This document shows positions 1 to 12,515 of a stretch of DNA of 64,000 nucleotides, piece after piece. The notes below the pieces were generated by a model that searched no databases, had not been told where the DNA came from, and was given only the letters and a program-made list of their open reading frames with translations. Source of the stretch: Eledone cirrhosa (taxonomy: Eukaryota); contig OZ024741.1 of NCBI GenBank assembly GCA_964016885.1, forward strand, positions 68,386,001 through 68,450,000, given 5' to 3'. How positions within the stretch are numbered: position 1 is the stretch's first letter; each line of letters starts with the position of its first letter. A program made the translations under genes and the position numbers.

Positions 1-218
1 CAACGCTTCATGTTTATCTTTATTTTCACTCTTGCTTTTATTTCATTTTATTTTATTTTATTATTATCATGTAACACTTTATTTTTATCATGTAACACTT
101 TATATGTAAATTGCCATGCTATTTCATTTGATGAATGTCACCCCACTGTTGATCAATATTCGCATATGTTTTATGTGTCTCTTGGGTTGAAAAGGAGGTC
201 AAGTATGTTATAAATAAC

Positions 219-272
219 TGCTCCGAAGAAATGCAAACCTCGGTTTGGAGGAAACAATTGTAAGCAAATAAA
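219..272 (+). ncRNA. Degenerate minimal type I hammerhead ribozyme at a PLE pseudo-LTR end
   Basis: tgct-CCGAAGA (one change from CTGANGA)-stem II caaacc/ggtttg-GAAA-palindrome caattg-TA-agca (pairs with tgct)-AATAAA, followed by (TA)n at about 303. Confidence 0.6.
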
Positions 273-330
273 TGACTTAAACTGAACTTTGATTACTGTA
301 ATCTATATATATATATATATATATATCGAC

Positions 331-495
331 AGTCAATCGACTTTCGTCAAATCGGACCGAGGAAACAATGTTTCCGTTGGTCTTTCAAGTTGCTAATACT
401 GTCTATCGCAACTCCAGTAAAGTGTCTTGCTCAAGGAAACAACGCATCACCCGGTCCAGGAATCGAACTCTCTAAGCACTCTGCCACGCACCTTC
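331..495 (-). mobile_element. tRNA-derived CORE-type SINE (family B), internally deleted
   Basis: Reverse complement matches 51193-51412: B-box GAGTTCGATTCC, CORE-like ccttgagcaagacacttt, and the same 3' tail (gaaagaccaacggaaaca...gtccgatttgacgaaagtcga). Confidence 0.75.
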
Positions 496-519
496 ATAAA
501 AGTTCTTTTGTATATATAT

Positions 520-1199
520 GGAAAAAATGAAACGAAATTTCATTTCTCACTCTTAATAAGTGTTACTTAAATATAAGTATGTATACGTACATACATATAT
601 GTATACAGACGTACACTAGTATGTATATATATACATACATGCACATATATATATATATATATATATATATGTACGTATGGGTATACCGACAACTTATTAT
701 AAAGCTCGGTTTGTTTGTAAACAAACAGCCCGAATTAAGCCGTACTGTGTTTAGCAACCATCGTTGCCCTTTTGTTCAACACTGACAAAGGAACGATGTA
801 CTAGTTTCAAGCTTATTAGCTATCGTCAACATCGTATACCTTCCTGCCAGATGATTGAACATCTCAAAGTATATACTTTCCTTATGCATATTAACGGCTG
901 AGCAGCCTAATTTGCATATCGAGTAAGTTAGTCGGCCGGGCGCACCGATAACGATAAATTGAAAAAATGAAACTAAATTTCATTTCTCACTCTTAGTACG
1001 GCTGTTACTTAAATATAAGTATGTATACGTACATACATATATGTATACAGACGTACAGTAGTATGTATATATATACATACATGCACACGTATATATATGT
1101 ACGTATGGGTTTACCGAACACTTATTATAATGCTCGGTTATAATGTACGTCTGTATACAAATATGTATGTACGTATACATACTTATATTTAAGTAACAG
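520..1199. repeat. About 190-bp direct repeat pair (520-711, 961-1140) plus an inverted partial copy (1144-1199)
   Basis: gaaaaaatgaaac.aaatttcatttctcactctta...tgttacttaaatataagtatgtatacgtacatac...gctcggtt recurs with about 440-bp period. 1144-1199 is the reverse complement of about 1003-1057. Confidence 0.75.
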
Positions 1200-2115
1200 A
1201 ACCCGCAAAATGGTAGCACAGTGGTCCGGATAACCAAAGATGTGGATTCGATTCCCATGTACGTCAATACTCATCTTTTTCCATTTCTCCGAGGGTTCTT
1301 AACCCCACTATCAGGCTAAATAATTTCTTTAATTTCTTTAGTCAAAATACGGTGATATATATATATATTACAACCTGTCTGATGGTCGGGTCGTTGGCGA
1401 CTAAACTGGCAACCCCACCAAGGTTTCTTGGTGAGGAGGGTGACTTTGGGCATCCTGCAGGACTAAAAACAAAACCTGTCAAAGGGCAAAGGAGCTCTTA
1501 AGAGTCAATGGCCATCCAAAATCACCGGGAGAGATGACCCCTTAGCCTTTGTCAAGGCAGAATTCTAGGAGAAGGAAAACTCTGATATAACACCTGCAAC
1601 CCTGATGGTATCCAATGATGTTGACTTGTTCTTCTTTTTGGTAAATATCATCTTAGTTAAGAGAGTGGGACTGGCCTTGTGCAGTGCCTTTACTCACTAT
1701 AAAAGCTTCACGGCACAGGCATTGCTTTATATCTGGAGATCTCTCTGCACTTGTCATCACATGGTACCATGGGCCCAGCACTATGTGTCAATGATTGTCA
1801 CAGGTGTAGTGTTTGTACCAGAGTTTTCAAGTCGCTGGCTGGACTAAAAAGTCACACTCGTTCAGCGCATCGGTAGGGGTTCTCCTACATGGATATAAAG
1901 TAGTGGCCGTACTCGAAAACGAGTTGGCAGCCACCATATATGTATGTATGTATACAAAAGAACTTTTTATGAATGGAGATGTTCACTTACCGTAAGTTAT
2001 ATTTATCAAGATGAATAGAAGCTCAATGTTTTAGTATCAGTAATTAAAAGGTCGAATTAAAATGTATGAAGTAAGATCCGGACCATTTAAGATAGGCAGT
2101 GTCACAGAGCATAAG

Positions 2116-2302
2116 ATTGGATTGGGAGTATCAGTAGAGAGTCGGACGCCATTCTTTGCAGCAAAGAGTTACGGCCCTTTATGGTCTGAGTTCAAATCCC
2201 GCCGAGGTTAACTTTGCTTTTCATCCTTACGGGGTCGATAAAATAAAGTACCAGTAATACACTGGGATAATTGCTGGCCTTGTGCCAAAAGTAGAACAAT
2301 TA
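2116..2302 (+). mobile_element. tRNA-derived SINE (family A)
   Basis: A-box-like tgggagtatcagt, B-box GAGTTCAAATCC, central tttcatccttacggggtcgataaaataaagtaccag and 3' ggccttgtgccaaaagtagaacaatta. About 25 related copies occur in the window. Confidence 0.85.
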
Positions 2303-2320
2303 TTTAAAAAGAAAAATAAT

Positions 2321-2507
2321 TTTTTCTACTTTTGGCACAAGGCCAGCAATTACACAGTGTATTACTGGTACTTTATTTTATAGACCCCGTAAGGATGAAA
2401 GGCAAAGTTAACCTTTGCGGGATTTGAACTCAGAATGGCAAGGGCCGTAACTCTATGCGTCAAAGCATGGCGTCCGGCCCTCTACCGATACTGCCAATCC
2501 ACCGCCC
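2321..2507 (-). mobile_element. tRNA-derived SINE (family A) with 18-bp TSD
   Basis: Full-length reverse copy. TTTAAAAAGAAAAATAAT is duplicated at 2303-2320 and 2508-2525. Confidence 0.9.
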
Positions 2508-2699
2508 TTTAAAAAGAAAAATAATGATCGTAGATGAATACGTTTTGAATTGAGTGAATGGGATTCTTTTGTTATTCATATATATGTGTGTGTGTAATTA
2601 AGAGGAACAAAATGAGGTTTCACATTAAGGTTATAATTGGTGAGGCGCAATTACGGACGTTTCACAGAGTGGTGGCTTATGAGCTATATTAGTGTTATA

Positions 2700-2790
2700 G
2701 AAGAAGAAGAAGAAGAAGAAGAAGAAGAAGAAGAAGAAGAAGAAGAAGAAGAAGAAGAAGAAGAAGAAGAAGAAGAACAAGAAGAAGAAA
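2700..2790. repeat. (GAA)n microsatellite
   Basis: Direct reading. Confidence 0.97.
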
Positions 2791-2931
2791 GGGGTGAGGA
2801 GTGGGGAGGAGGAGAAGTAGTGTTGGTAGTATGTGTTAAGTATCGCATCGACTCTACGAAAGTTAAAGTTAACTCTAGATTGGATTTGAGCTCAGACCGA
2901 GTAGAGCTGGAACAAATAACTCGCGTTCTTA

Positions 2932-3144
2932 TCTCTCTCTCTCACACACACTATCCTTCTCTCTCTCACTTCACTATCCTTCCCCCTCTCGCTCGCTCTC
3001 ACTCTCTTTCCCTCTCTCTCCCTCTCCCTTTCTCTGTCACTCTCTCTCTGTCACTCTCTCTCACTCTCTCTCACTCTACTTCTCTCTCCCTCTCCCTCTC
3101 CCTCTCCCTCTCTCTCTCTCACTCACTCTCTCTCACTCTCACTA

Positions 3145-3201
<57 letters not shown>

Positions 3202-3205
3202 ACTA

Positions 3206-3257
<52 letters not shown>

Positions 3258-3321
3258 TCTCACTCTACTTCTCTCTCCCTCTCCCTCTCTCTCACTCACT
3301 CACTCTCTCTCACTCTCACTA

Positions 3322-3395
<74 letters not shown>
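2932..3395. repeat. Compound (CT)n polypyrimidine tract with internal higher-order duplication
   Basis: Interruptions such as ctcactctacttctctctccctctccc and cactatccct recur at about 200-bp spacing. Confidence 0.95.
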
Positions 3396-3401
<6 letters not shown>

Positions 3402-3844
3402 GAAGAAATCGGCTGTTTACAAATAGAGACAATGTAATTCCGAGAATAACAATGAAATGCCAGCTTCAGATAAATAATTGTGAATTTACGACGAGTTGTG
3501 TCCCTTTAGGTCAAACTATATTTTGCCAATTAAATATCTAACGATTAATATAAAATAACCACCACCTGTTGTGTGTGTGTGTGTACGTGCATGTCTGTGT
3601 GCGTGTGTGTAAGCGTGTGAGTGCGTGTATCTATGATTAAGATTCTATCTGTGTGTGTTTATATTTCGTAACTTAAAGGTTCGATAACAAGAGATCGATA
3701 AAATAAATACCAGATGTGAAAGGATAAGTACTGGTATCAATATAATCGATGAAATCCCGTCAATGCCATTTCCCATTATGGCCACAGTCTAATGAGGGAA
3801 ACCAGTAAATGAATAAACGAAGATATACGCATATATACCTTTCA

Positions 3845-4083
3845 CAGCTCATCTGTCATCGGTTGCCATAGCCTCTCAGTGAAGGTCCATGTTCCTCAAC
3901 AAGACAGACTCGACCGTTGCAAAAGATATCTAGATCTTATTACTTTTCCTTGAGCGACTTCCAGATCTTTGGTAATTTGGGACATATTTGCCATATACAG
4001 TATGTGTCTTGCTTTTGTTGATATAAATTTTTTTCTGAACTGGATATTGAAGCTTCAAGATATTTGAAATGTTCAACAACTTT
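3845..4083 (-). pseudogene. RTE-clade LINE RT C-terminal fragment
   Basis: The minus strand translates KVVEHFKYLEASISS, resembling the V..FKYLGS motif, followed by degenerate VESVLL/TWT-like sequence. Confidence 0.45.
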
Positions 4084-4339
4084 TAGTTTCTATCCAGATT
4101 TGAGTTTATTATCACTGGATCTGTATGATATAACTGCATAGTATTTAAGAATAGACATCCTTTGATAGCTTCTTTCTCTATCCTTTCAAGTAGCTCCAGG
4201 CCATAGTAGCAACACACAAACAAAAATAACCTCTCCGATCCATAATATCGTAAAGATACGCACCAACACATAAAATTGCTAAACAAGAAAACAGTATTAT
4301 CAAGAAGTACTAAAAAATACAGTATAAGATTATCTGAAT

Positions 4340-5620
4340 AATTTCTGTTCGATCACCTAAAGAATTTCTAGAAAGGAAAAAGTAGGTACTGTCTCCAGGT
4401 TAGATGTAGAAAGTTTATTTACTCATGCCCTATTGATAAAACAGTAAAAATATTATTACCTAATATATACAAACATTAAAGCCGCTCATGATACCAGCAA
4501 ACCTATTTATTAAATATATACAACAGAACTACTTTTTCCCTGCCAACAACGTAATTTATGTAAACAAAAAATAGAGTGGACATAGGTTTTCCCTTAAGGT
4601 CCACTTTTGCTCCATTCTATCCAGCCAGCTTAGAAAACAAGGTATTACCAATGCACTAGCACGAAATTACAGCAATTATGAGGACGATATATTTGTTGTA
4701 ATGGATTCCCTGAAAGATATTAAATGATTGAAAAAAATTGAGAAAGGAAATCTGTTCTCAAATTTACCGCCCAGAAGAGTAAAAAGCTGACCCGATTTAT
4801 AGATATAAACATCAAGATTGCTGAAAACAGACACTTGGCGTCCGTTAGACAAAAAGCACAAACAAGTGTATCTACTTACATAGAAATTGCGAATGTCCAC
4901 TCACATATATATCAGTAGTAAAACCTTCCTTAGGAGAACATTTAGATTCTCTTCCTCAAAAATAACACTAGATGAAGAATTGCATAGAATAAAGCAAAAA
5001 TTTAAAAAAAAAACACTGATATTCCAATAGATTAATTGACGAAGCCATAGACATAAATATAATGCTACACATACATCAGATATCATAGCTATCAAAAATA
5101 CATAAACTACACATAAAGTATACTATATAAATCAAATGCATATATATAGGCTACAGGACAGACGAACATATAATCAAAAACCTCATAAATCATAACACAA
5201 AATGCATCACAGTAAACTATTAATTAGCAGTAATAAATTACTACAAAAACTCAAAAGCCATAAACTTTATTAACAACAAACCACAAGTATGCAAGCCCGA
5301 GAACAAGCTACAAATGACAAATGGGATTTACGAATTTGGCTGCAAAAATGAAAGTTGTAAACTTCATGAAAGCAGTTGTTTCATTGACCATACAAGTAAA
5401 ACCTTTCGTAGGCTGACTATAAATTTACCAGGAACAATTACAACACACTACATCACACCTCGCAAAAGTTAGATAAGAGGCATTAAAGGACAATATGTCT
5501 CTATTATACAAAATTCCGAACAAAGATAAGCAATAAATCATGAAAGCAATACATATATCTCCATTTGACGGCAAGATCAATCAATATTCAGTATGGTGTC
5601 AGCTACATAAGAAACTCAAA
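4340..5620 (+). pseudogene. Penelope-like element relic: reverse transcriptase plus GIY-YIG endonuclease, frameshifted
   Basis: Manual translation: LDVESLFTH (about 4400), KQKNRVDIGFPLRSTFAPFYPASLENK (about 4560-4640, matching G.AMGSPL.P.FANFYM..LE), YEDDIFV (about 4678) and GIYEFGCKNESC...CFIDHTSKTFRRL (about 5323-5415). Confidence 0.8.
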
Positions 5621-5964
5621 CACTTTATAAACAGGTAAATTCTGACGTGTGAGTCTAACTGTAAAATTCAGGAGTCATATTACGGTAAGAAAGCCAGAGA
5701 ATGATGGCGAAGTAAGAAAACCTACGTATAACTTCATAAAATACTTTTATTAAAGAGGCAGTAAACATAAACTAACAACACTCTTAAAGAGGAGATTGTT
5801 GGAGTCTAGAAACAAAGACAAAATTATAGAGTTAGAAACTTTGTTGTTCCAGTCAAACTGTAGAGGCTTATTATAAAATCCTTTATACACACATACCCCA
5901 TAAACTAAAATTACCCATATAGATACATGTGCAATACCATCAGCATAATATCGTTACCATTAAA

Positions 5965-6060
5965 CCAGGATGTCGCTAAACGTAACATGAGATTGTACTT
6001 CGATACATGAAGCTGGATCACAGTAGCTGAGAATAGAAACCAATGGAGAGGATTGATTCC
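5965..6060 (+). pseudogene. RTE-clade LINE extreme C-terminal fragment
   Basis: QDVAKRNMRLYFDT*SWITVAENRNQWRGLI resembles the D..KR.M....W...A.DR..WR terminus of RTE ORFs. Confidence 0.45.
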
Positions 6061-6238
6061 CTTTTGAGTCAAGATATTTTGTATGGACAGTCATCGTCAA
6101 CTATCAACAGATGCCCATGATATATGACTGATTCTCTCTTTCTATCGACCTTCGATTAATGAAAATCTATGGTTAAATTGGAATTGATAAAGTATAGAAT
6201 GAAACTAAACAATGACAAACATTTTATGCATTCTCTAC

Positions 6239-6561
6239 CAGGGCCGGATTTAATGGGGAGTAAAAGGGGTAACTGACCCTGGCCCCCTGCAGTGGGGAGC
6301 CCCACCAGCGACAGCCGTAGCAACTTATTTGTGCCCACAGCAGGGCTGTATGGTTTTAGTATAGTTACATTTTTTTTATGTAATACCTGTATGTATAACT
6401 TTTCAATTCCAATTATTTGCGCCAATCTACCTTTTATATATAAAATTGGAAGTTTTGTTGTGTATTCTAATTTTTTGTGTATGAGGGCCCTCCCCCGCTT
6501 CCAAATCTTAAGTTTCCCCAGCCCCCAGTCCTCCATCCCCCAATGTCTAAATCCAAACCTG
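6239..6561. mobile_element. hAT-type MITE
   Basis: Imperfect TIRs CAGGGCCGGATTTA / TAAATCCAAACCTG. The 8-bp flanks ttctctac / cactctac (6 of 8 match) are consistent with an 8-bp TSD. Confidence 0.65.
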
Positions 6562-6923
6562 CACTCTACGGTTGCAGCTATCAAATCAATGCATAAGAAA
6601 CTTAGTTGTGAGAAACAATATCAAAAATGGAGGAATAGAATCAAACAGAACTTACCCAGTGGTTATATCTATGTCCGGCTTCCGAAGTGTTTCAAAACAC
6701 CATATCATAGATACCTTTTCAATTGTTAATGAGATCGACATACAAATAAAGATGACTGCAGTAATTAACACCTGTCAAGAAATTGAATTATAATAAAACA
6801 GATTAGTACCTTTCAGAGTGAAGCTAGAGGTTTGCTTTAAAGTCTTAAGTCTAGTACATATTTAGTTAAACTGGGATGGAAATATTTAACAAGTGTCGTG
6901 CTTAAGGTATATCTCATATAAGT

Positions 6924-7036
<113 letters not shown>

Positions 7037-7046
7037 CACGCACACA

Positions 7047-7088
<42 letters not shown>

Positions 7089-7181
7089 GAGAGGGGGGAA
7101 AGAGAGAGGGAGAGAGAGTTATAAAATTCCTCCGCGTTGCCAGATTCTCTATATATGCATATATATATATATATATATATA

Positions 7182-7492
<311 letters not shown>

Positions 7493-7583
7493 GAGTATAT
7501 GTTGGTTGTATACCAACACCTCAGTATGCAGATTGGAGCACTCGACGAAGTGAGCAGGTCGGTTTGGTTACGCCGGAGTAATG

Positions 7584-7994
7584 TAAAATAAGATAAAATA
7601 AATAAGTCAAATGTTTAAAATTTAGCTTCGTTTATTAATGCTATATATATTTCGGTGACAGCCATCTTTGGCTGTGACCTCTTTAGGCAGTCCGAATTAG
7701 TGTGGTATAGACAAGTACATAAGTTGTTGAGGTGTATAACCTTGTCAATACTCTGATATGCTCAGTTCCTGGTTGGGTTGTTATTTCACTGAGGAACTGG
7801 AATCATATGATTCCAGGAACTGGGCATATCAGAGTATTGACAAGGTTATACACTTCAACAACATATGTACTTGTCTATACCACACTAATTCGGACTGCCT
7901 GAAGATGTCACAGCCAAAGATGGCTGTCACCGAAATATATATAGCAGTAATAAACGAAACTAAATTTTAAACATTTGACTTATTTATTTTATCT

Positions 7995-8001
<7 letters not shown>
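7584..8001. mobile_element. Fold-back PLE pseudo-LTR palindrome with about 188-bp arms
   Basis: 7584-7772 is the near-perfect reverse complement of 7813-8001. It ends in (TA)n. Confidence 0.85.
7894..7954 (+). ncRNA. Type I hammerhead ribozyme, intact core
   Basis: actgc-CTGAAGA-stem II (acagcca/tggctgt)-GAAA-tatata-TA-gcagt (pairs with actgc)-AATAAA. Confidence 0.85.
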
Positions 8002-8038
<37 letters not shown>

Positions 8039-8108
8039 AATGTAATCTTAGTTTTTCGAATATTAATAATTGTTTCTACTTTTGGCACAAGGAAACTGAC
8101 TGGCCAGT

Positions 8109-8205
8109 CTGCTGATATGCAAATCTGGCTGATCAGTGGATCTGCTAATATGCAGATCTGACTGATCAACCAGTCTGCTAATATGCAAATCAGGCCGATC
8201 AGTCA
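8109..8205. repeat. 33-bp minisatellite, 3 copies
   Basis: tctgct(g/a)atatgca(a/g)atc..gatca recurs every 33 bp. Confidence 0.75.
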
Positions 8206-8487
8206 CTGTGTATTTTTGAAAATACCATATATTTTCACTAGTTCTGACAGTTTGGCAGGTGAACAGTGCGCTGTACTGATGAAGGGTGATACCCAGAAAC
8301 ATTAGTGTCTGCAGTTCTGTTTGCATGCCAACACAAGAGCAAGAATAAAGTGTTCATTCTGCTGACATGGCTATAAAATTGAGGCTTGTTTGCAAAATTG
8401 CAAAATTGCAAACAAATCGAATGTTATTATTAATATTCGAAAAACTCAAATTACATTTATTGTATTCAGCCATGAAGAGCGAAATTT

Positions 8488-8532
<45 letters not shown>

Positions 8533-8658
8533 GCATTTTTCAATCTAGCTAACTTAGTCATTTACAATACAAACACGGATATGTTGGTATTTGTGTTTAT
8601 CAAATATATTAATTTATATTAACCTGTATATATATATATATATATATATATAAGAAAA

Positions 8659-8869
8659 CGATCGACTTTCGTCAAATCGGACCGAGGGAACAATGTTTCC
8701 GTTGGTCTTTCCAATTGCTAATACTATCTATCGGTCGCAACTCCAGGTAGAAGGAGCAACGTGAAATAAAGTGTCTTGCTCAAGGACATAACGCATCACC
8801 TGGTCCAGGAATCGCACTCACAACCTTACGATTCCGAATCCAATTCCCTAACCACTCAGCCACACGCCT
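8659..8869 (-). mobile_element. tRNA-derived CORE-type SINE (family B), full length
   Basis: Reverse complement: ggcgtgTGGCTGAGTGGttagg (A-box)...gagtgcgattcc (B-box)...tgtccttgagcaagacacttt (CORE-like)...tail. Lies between (TA) tracts. Confidence 0.85.
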
Positions 8870-9492
8870 ATATATATATGGTGGGGTGTATATCTAATAA
8901 TATACACAATGTTTTTATGAAACACATTTGACAGCCTTTCGCTATGAATCTTTAAGATTGTGACCACCGTCATACATCCTTAGTCTCAGCCAAAACAAGG
9001 GAAAGCAGCCGACACCCTTGTTTCTCGCTTGCTGGAGGTTGTCAACGCTGCATATCCATCTAGTTTTCACTGAGACAAAAATAAGCTAGAATCTCACAGA
9101 GACAGAAGAGGAGGAGGAGGAGGAGAAGAAGAAGAAGAAGAAGAAGAAGAAGAAGAAGAAGAAGAAGAAGAAGAAGAAGAAACGAACGAACTGGGGAATG
9201 AAAGCTAGAGGAAATAAAAATGAAAGAATTTAAAGAAAAGATGAAGGAGAGAGAGGGGGGGAGAGAAAGAGAGATAGTTAAAATGTGGAAGAGGTGTGTG
9301 GAAGCAACTGTCTAAAGAAATCTCGGTATCGTTCGGGTGTTACCGTAGATAAGTCTTAAATTAATTTGTGTAGGGTGTGTACGTGAATATGTGTATACGA
9401 ATATAGTTATACATACATATCTGTGTATATATATATACATAGATATGTATGTATAAGTATGTTCGTAATACATACATAACATGAAAGTGAAA

Positions 9493-9708
<216 letters not shown>

Positions 9709-10318
9709 AAGAATCACGATTTCTGCAAAGCTGAGTGACGGGTCGTTCTTGGCACGAGCAAGTATTGCAACCAAACTCTTTAACCATCTCATTATTATCA
9801 TCATCGTCATCATTATCATCATCGTCATCATCATTATCATCATTATCATCATTATCATCATTATCATTATCATCATCAGCATCAGCATCATCACTATACA
9901 TTTCATCCACCGTCATCAACCCGACTTAACCTTGGCTGTGTTTCGTTTAACTGTGAAATATAAACAGTACACGTTGACAAGGCACCTGATGTCATTACGT
10001 TTTCTACATGTTTTTCGTGTTATTATTTCGCTACTGTTCTTGTTTAACCCTAGGCAAACCCTCATCCAACTAACCTATTATCAAAGGTATCCCAAACACC
10101 TCAATCCCAGCATTTTCTTTTATTTATATATTTATCCATCTATTTCTTTTTTTATAGAGTAGTGAGAGCGACGGTTGAAAGGCTCTTTGCTATTCGTTGC
10201 CACACTCTGCGCTCTGTGTTCAAATCCCACCGAGGTCAATTATGGTTTTTATTCTTTCTAGGTCGGTGAATAATTTACTTTTTTCTAATTATATATATAT
10301 AGATTTTCCCTTTCCCTC

Positions 10319-10395
<77 letters not shown>

Positions 10396-10471
10396 CGAAG
10401 GAAATGTGGTAAGGAACCAGGTGGACCATAACGCACCAAAGTACTCAATACTTGAGGTAGTAGAGTGGGTA

Positions 10472-10573
<102 letters not shown>

Positions 10574-10730
10574 GTTTCTACTTTTTGGCACAAAACTACC
10601 AATTATCCCAGTGCATTACTGGTGATATATATATACAGTTATATATGTATACAGATGCATACCTATGCTAGCAAATATATATGTTTTGTCTTAGTAACTT
10701 TGTGGTTCTATGCAAGGGATGCAGAACAAT

Positions 10731-11219
10731 TATATGAAAGACGTAAATAAGAAAGTTATGAAAATTGACTTACTTACTAAAATTTCACTCCAACTAATTA
10801 GTTTCTGTAAGGGGATAAATATGGTTACGGAGCGTATCCATAGAGAAGCCTTACGTCATTAGGGAGTCTATTCTCAGCTAAGCTTCCAGGCAATGCGGGG
10901 ACACTGGAAACTTATATAAAAATAATTCAGTGGTTGGAAAAAAGCGAGCGGGGCTAGATTCCAAGACATTGAAAAATTCACTGCCTACTTGGTTAAGTGG
11001 CAAATTCAAAAGAATCAATCACGTGACACTGAGGTTAATCAGCTAGGAGTGGGGGTGCTATTAAGACAGAGCCTAGCCACTACTATTAATCAAAGTAGTA
11101 ATTTCGGCAAGTTTTGCTCAACAAATAATATGGAGTTAATTATAAAGAATTAGTATATCTGAAATTAGTATGTAGTGAAATTTTAGTAAGTCAATTTTCA
11201 TAACTCTCTTATTTACGTC

Positions 11220-11228
<9 letters not shown>
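10731..11228 (-). mobile_element. PLE-type fragment with about 65-bp inverted termini and a degenerate HHR
   Basis: 10731-10805 is inverted relative to 11161-11228. The minus strand at 10788-10867 reads ctcc-CTAATGA-cgtaagg...ccttaca-GAAA-ctaattag-TT-ggag. Confidence 0.6.
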
Positions 11229-11259
<31 letters not shown>

Positions 11260-11263
<4 letters not shown>

Positions 11264-11712
11264 ACGAAGCCAATCATCAGCTGCAAATGGTAACACTTGA
11301 ATTCGAAACACTGCTTCAGAGATCAACAAAAGAAAGCGAGGAAAAACGAATGGATCACGTGACTGGTTTCAAGCATGGTGCACAGTTTTTTTGTGTTTTT
11401 TTTGTGTATGTGTGTTTTACTGGAGGTAGAATATTTAAACTGGTGGTGTGACCACTGCAGGGAGTTGCTATGAGGTTGGCAGCGAGAGCAGTCGGTCTGA
11501 AGTATAGTAAAGACAGTCGGTGTAAAGTTAGCGATGTGAATTGTCGGCGTGACCCCGGGCGGCGAAGAACAACATTATACAAGACATCCAACCTGGTACG
11601 TTTATTTCTTCCATTCTAAGCAAGTTGGCTACCTTGGCAGGCTTGCTGTTTCCTAGCTGCTGACTTTGGACTGTTGGAGTCGTATTGTAGTTGAAGAGCG
11701 CATTTTGCAACA
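11260..11712 (-). mobile_element. Solo LTR (453 bp)
   Basis: Termini TGTTAC...GCAACA. Flanks atat/atgt fit a 4-bp TSD with one mismatch. AATAAA on the minus strand at about 11601. GC-richer than its flanks. Confidence 0.55.
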
Positions 11713-11754
11713 ATGTATATATATATATAAAAAAATTAAATTAAATATAACCTC

Positions 11755-11800
<46 letters not shown>

Positions 11801-11805
<5 letters not shown>

Positions 11806-12430
11806 TAATAAAAACAATGAATAAAAACAGAGAACAAGTTCCTTATATTAAAAAATTCATCATTTTACGATCGTTTCTAGGATATATATGTGTGTTGGTA
11901 TGTATATCATATAGATCTATGTAAAAAATTTACAAACTATCAGAGGAAATATACATACCTTCACATATATATGCTGTCTTCAGAAATAATTGTTTCTACT
12001 TTAGGCACAAGGCCAGCAAATACCCAGTGTATTACTGGTACTTTATTTTATCGACCCCGTAAGGATGAAAGGCAAAGTCAACCTCGGCCAGAAATAATGA
12101 AGACAGGATATATTTCCGAAGAAATCATATATATGTGAAGGTATGTATATTTCCTCTGATAGTTTGTAAAATTTTTACATAGATCTATATGATATACATA
12201 CCAACACACATATATATCCTAGAAACGATCGTAAAATGATGAATATTTTAATATAAGGAACTTGTTCTTTGTTTTTATTCATTGTTTTTATTAATTTATC
12301 TTGACTCTGTTTTCCTGTGATTTTCATCGAAAATGTTCGAATGCATCTTCTCTTTTCATGATATTTGGATTACATTGAGTTCTTCATACGGATTGGACAC
12401 TACCGTATATTTTGGTAGATTTATCTACAT
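11801..12430. mobile_element. Fold-back palindrome (11801-11972 / 12127-12298), probably PLE-derived, with a truncated family A SINE in the loop
   Basis: About 170-bp near-perfect inverted arms. The SINE at about 11991-12088 (-) is flanked by the TSD CAGAAATAAT. Each arm has a GAAA-cgatcg-TA HHR half-motif. Confidence 0.8.
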
Positions 12431-12515
12431 ATATATATATATATATGCAGAGGTTATATTTAATTTAAAAAATATTATAACTGATATAAAGCACTCAACA
12501 GATTAGTGGAGTAAA

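Noticed and set aside
1372-1936. GC-richer island resembling an RTE 5' UTR or derived SINE, possibly with an HDV-like ribozyme
   Set aside because: No double pseudoknot or protein motif could be established by eye. Left unclassified.
2637-3437. 266-aa poly-E/SL ORF
   Set aside because: Made of (GAA)n and (CT)n microsatellites.
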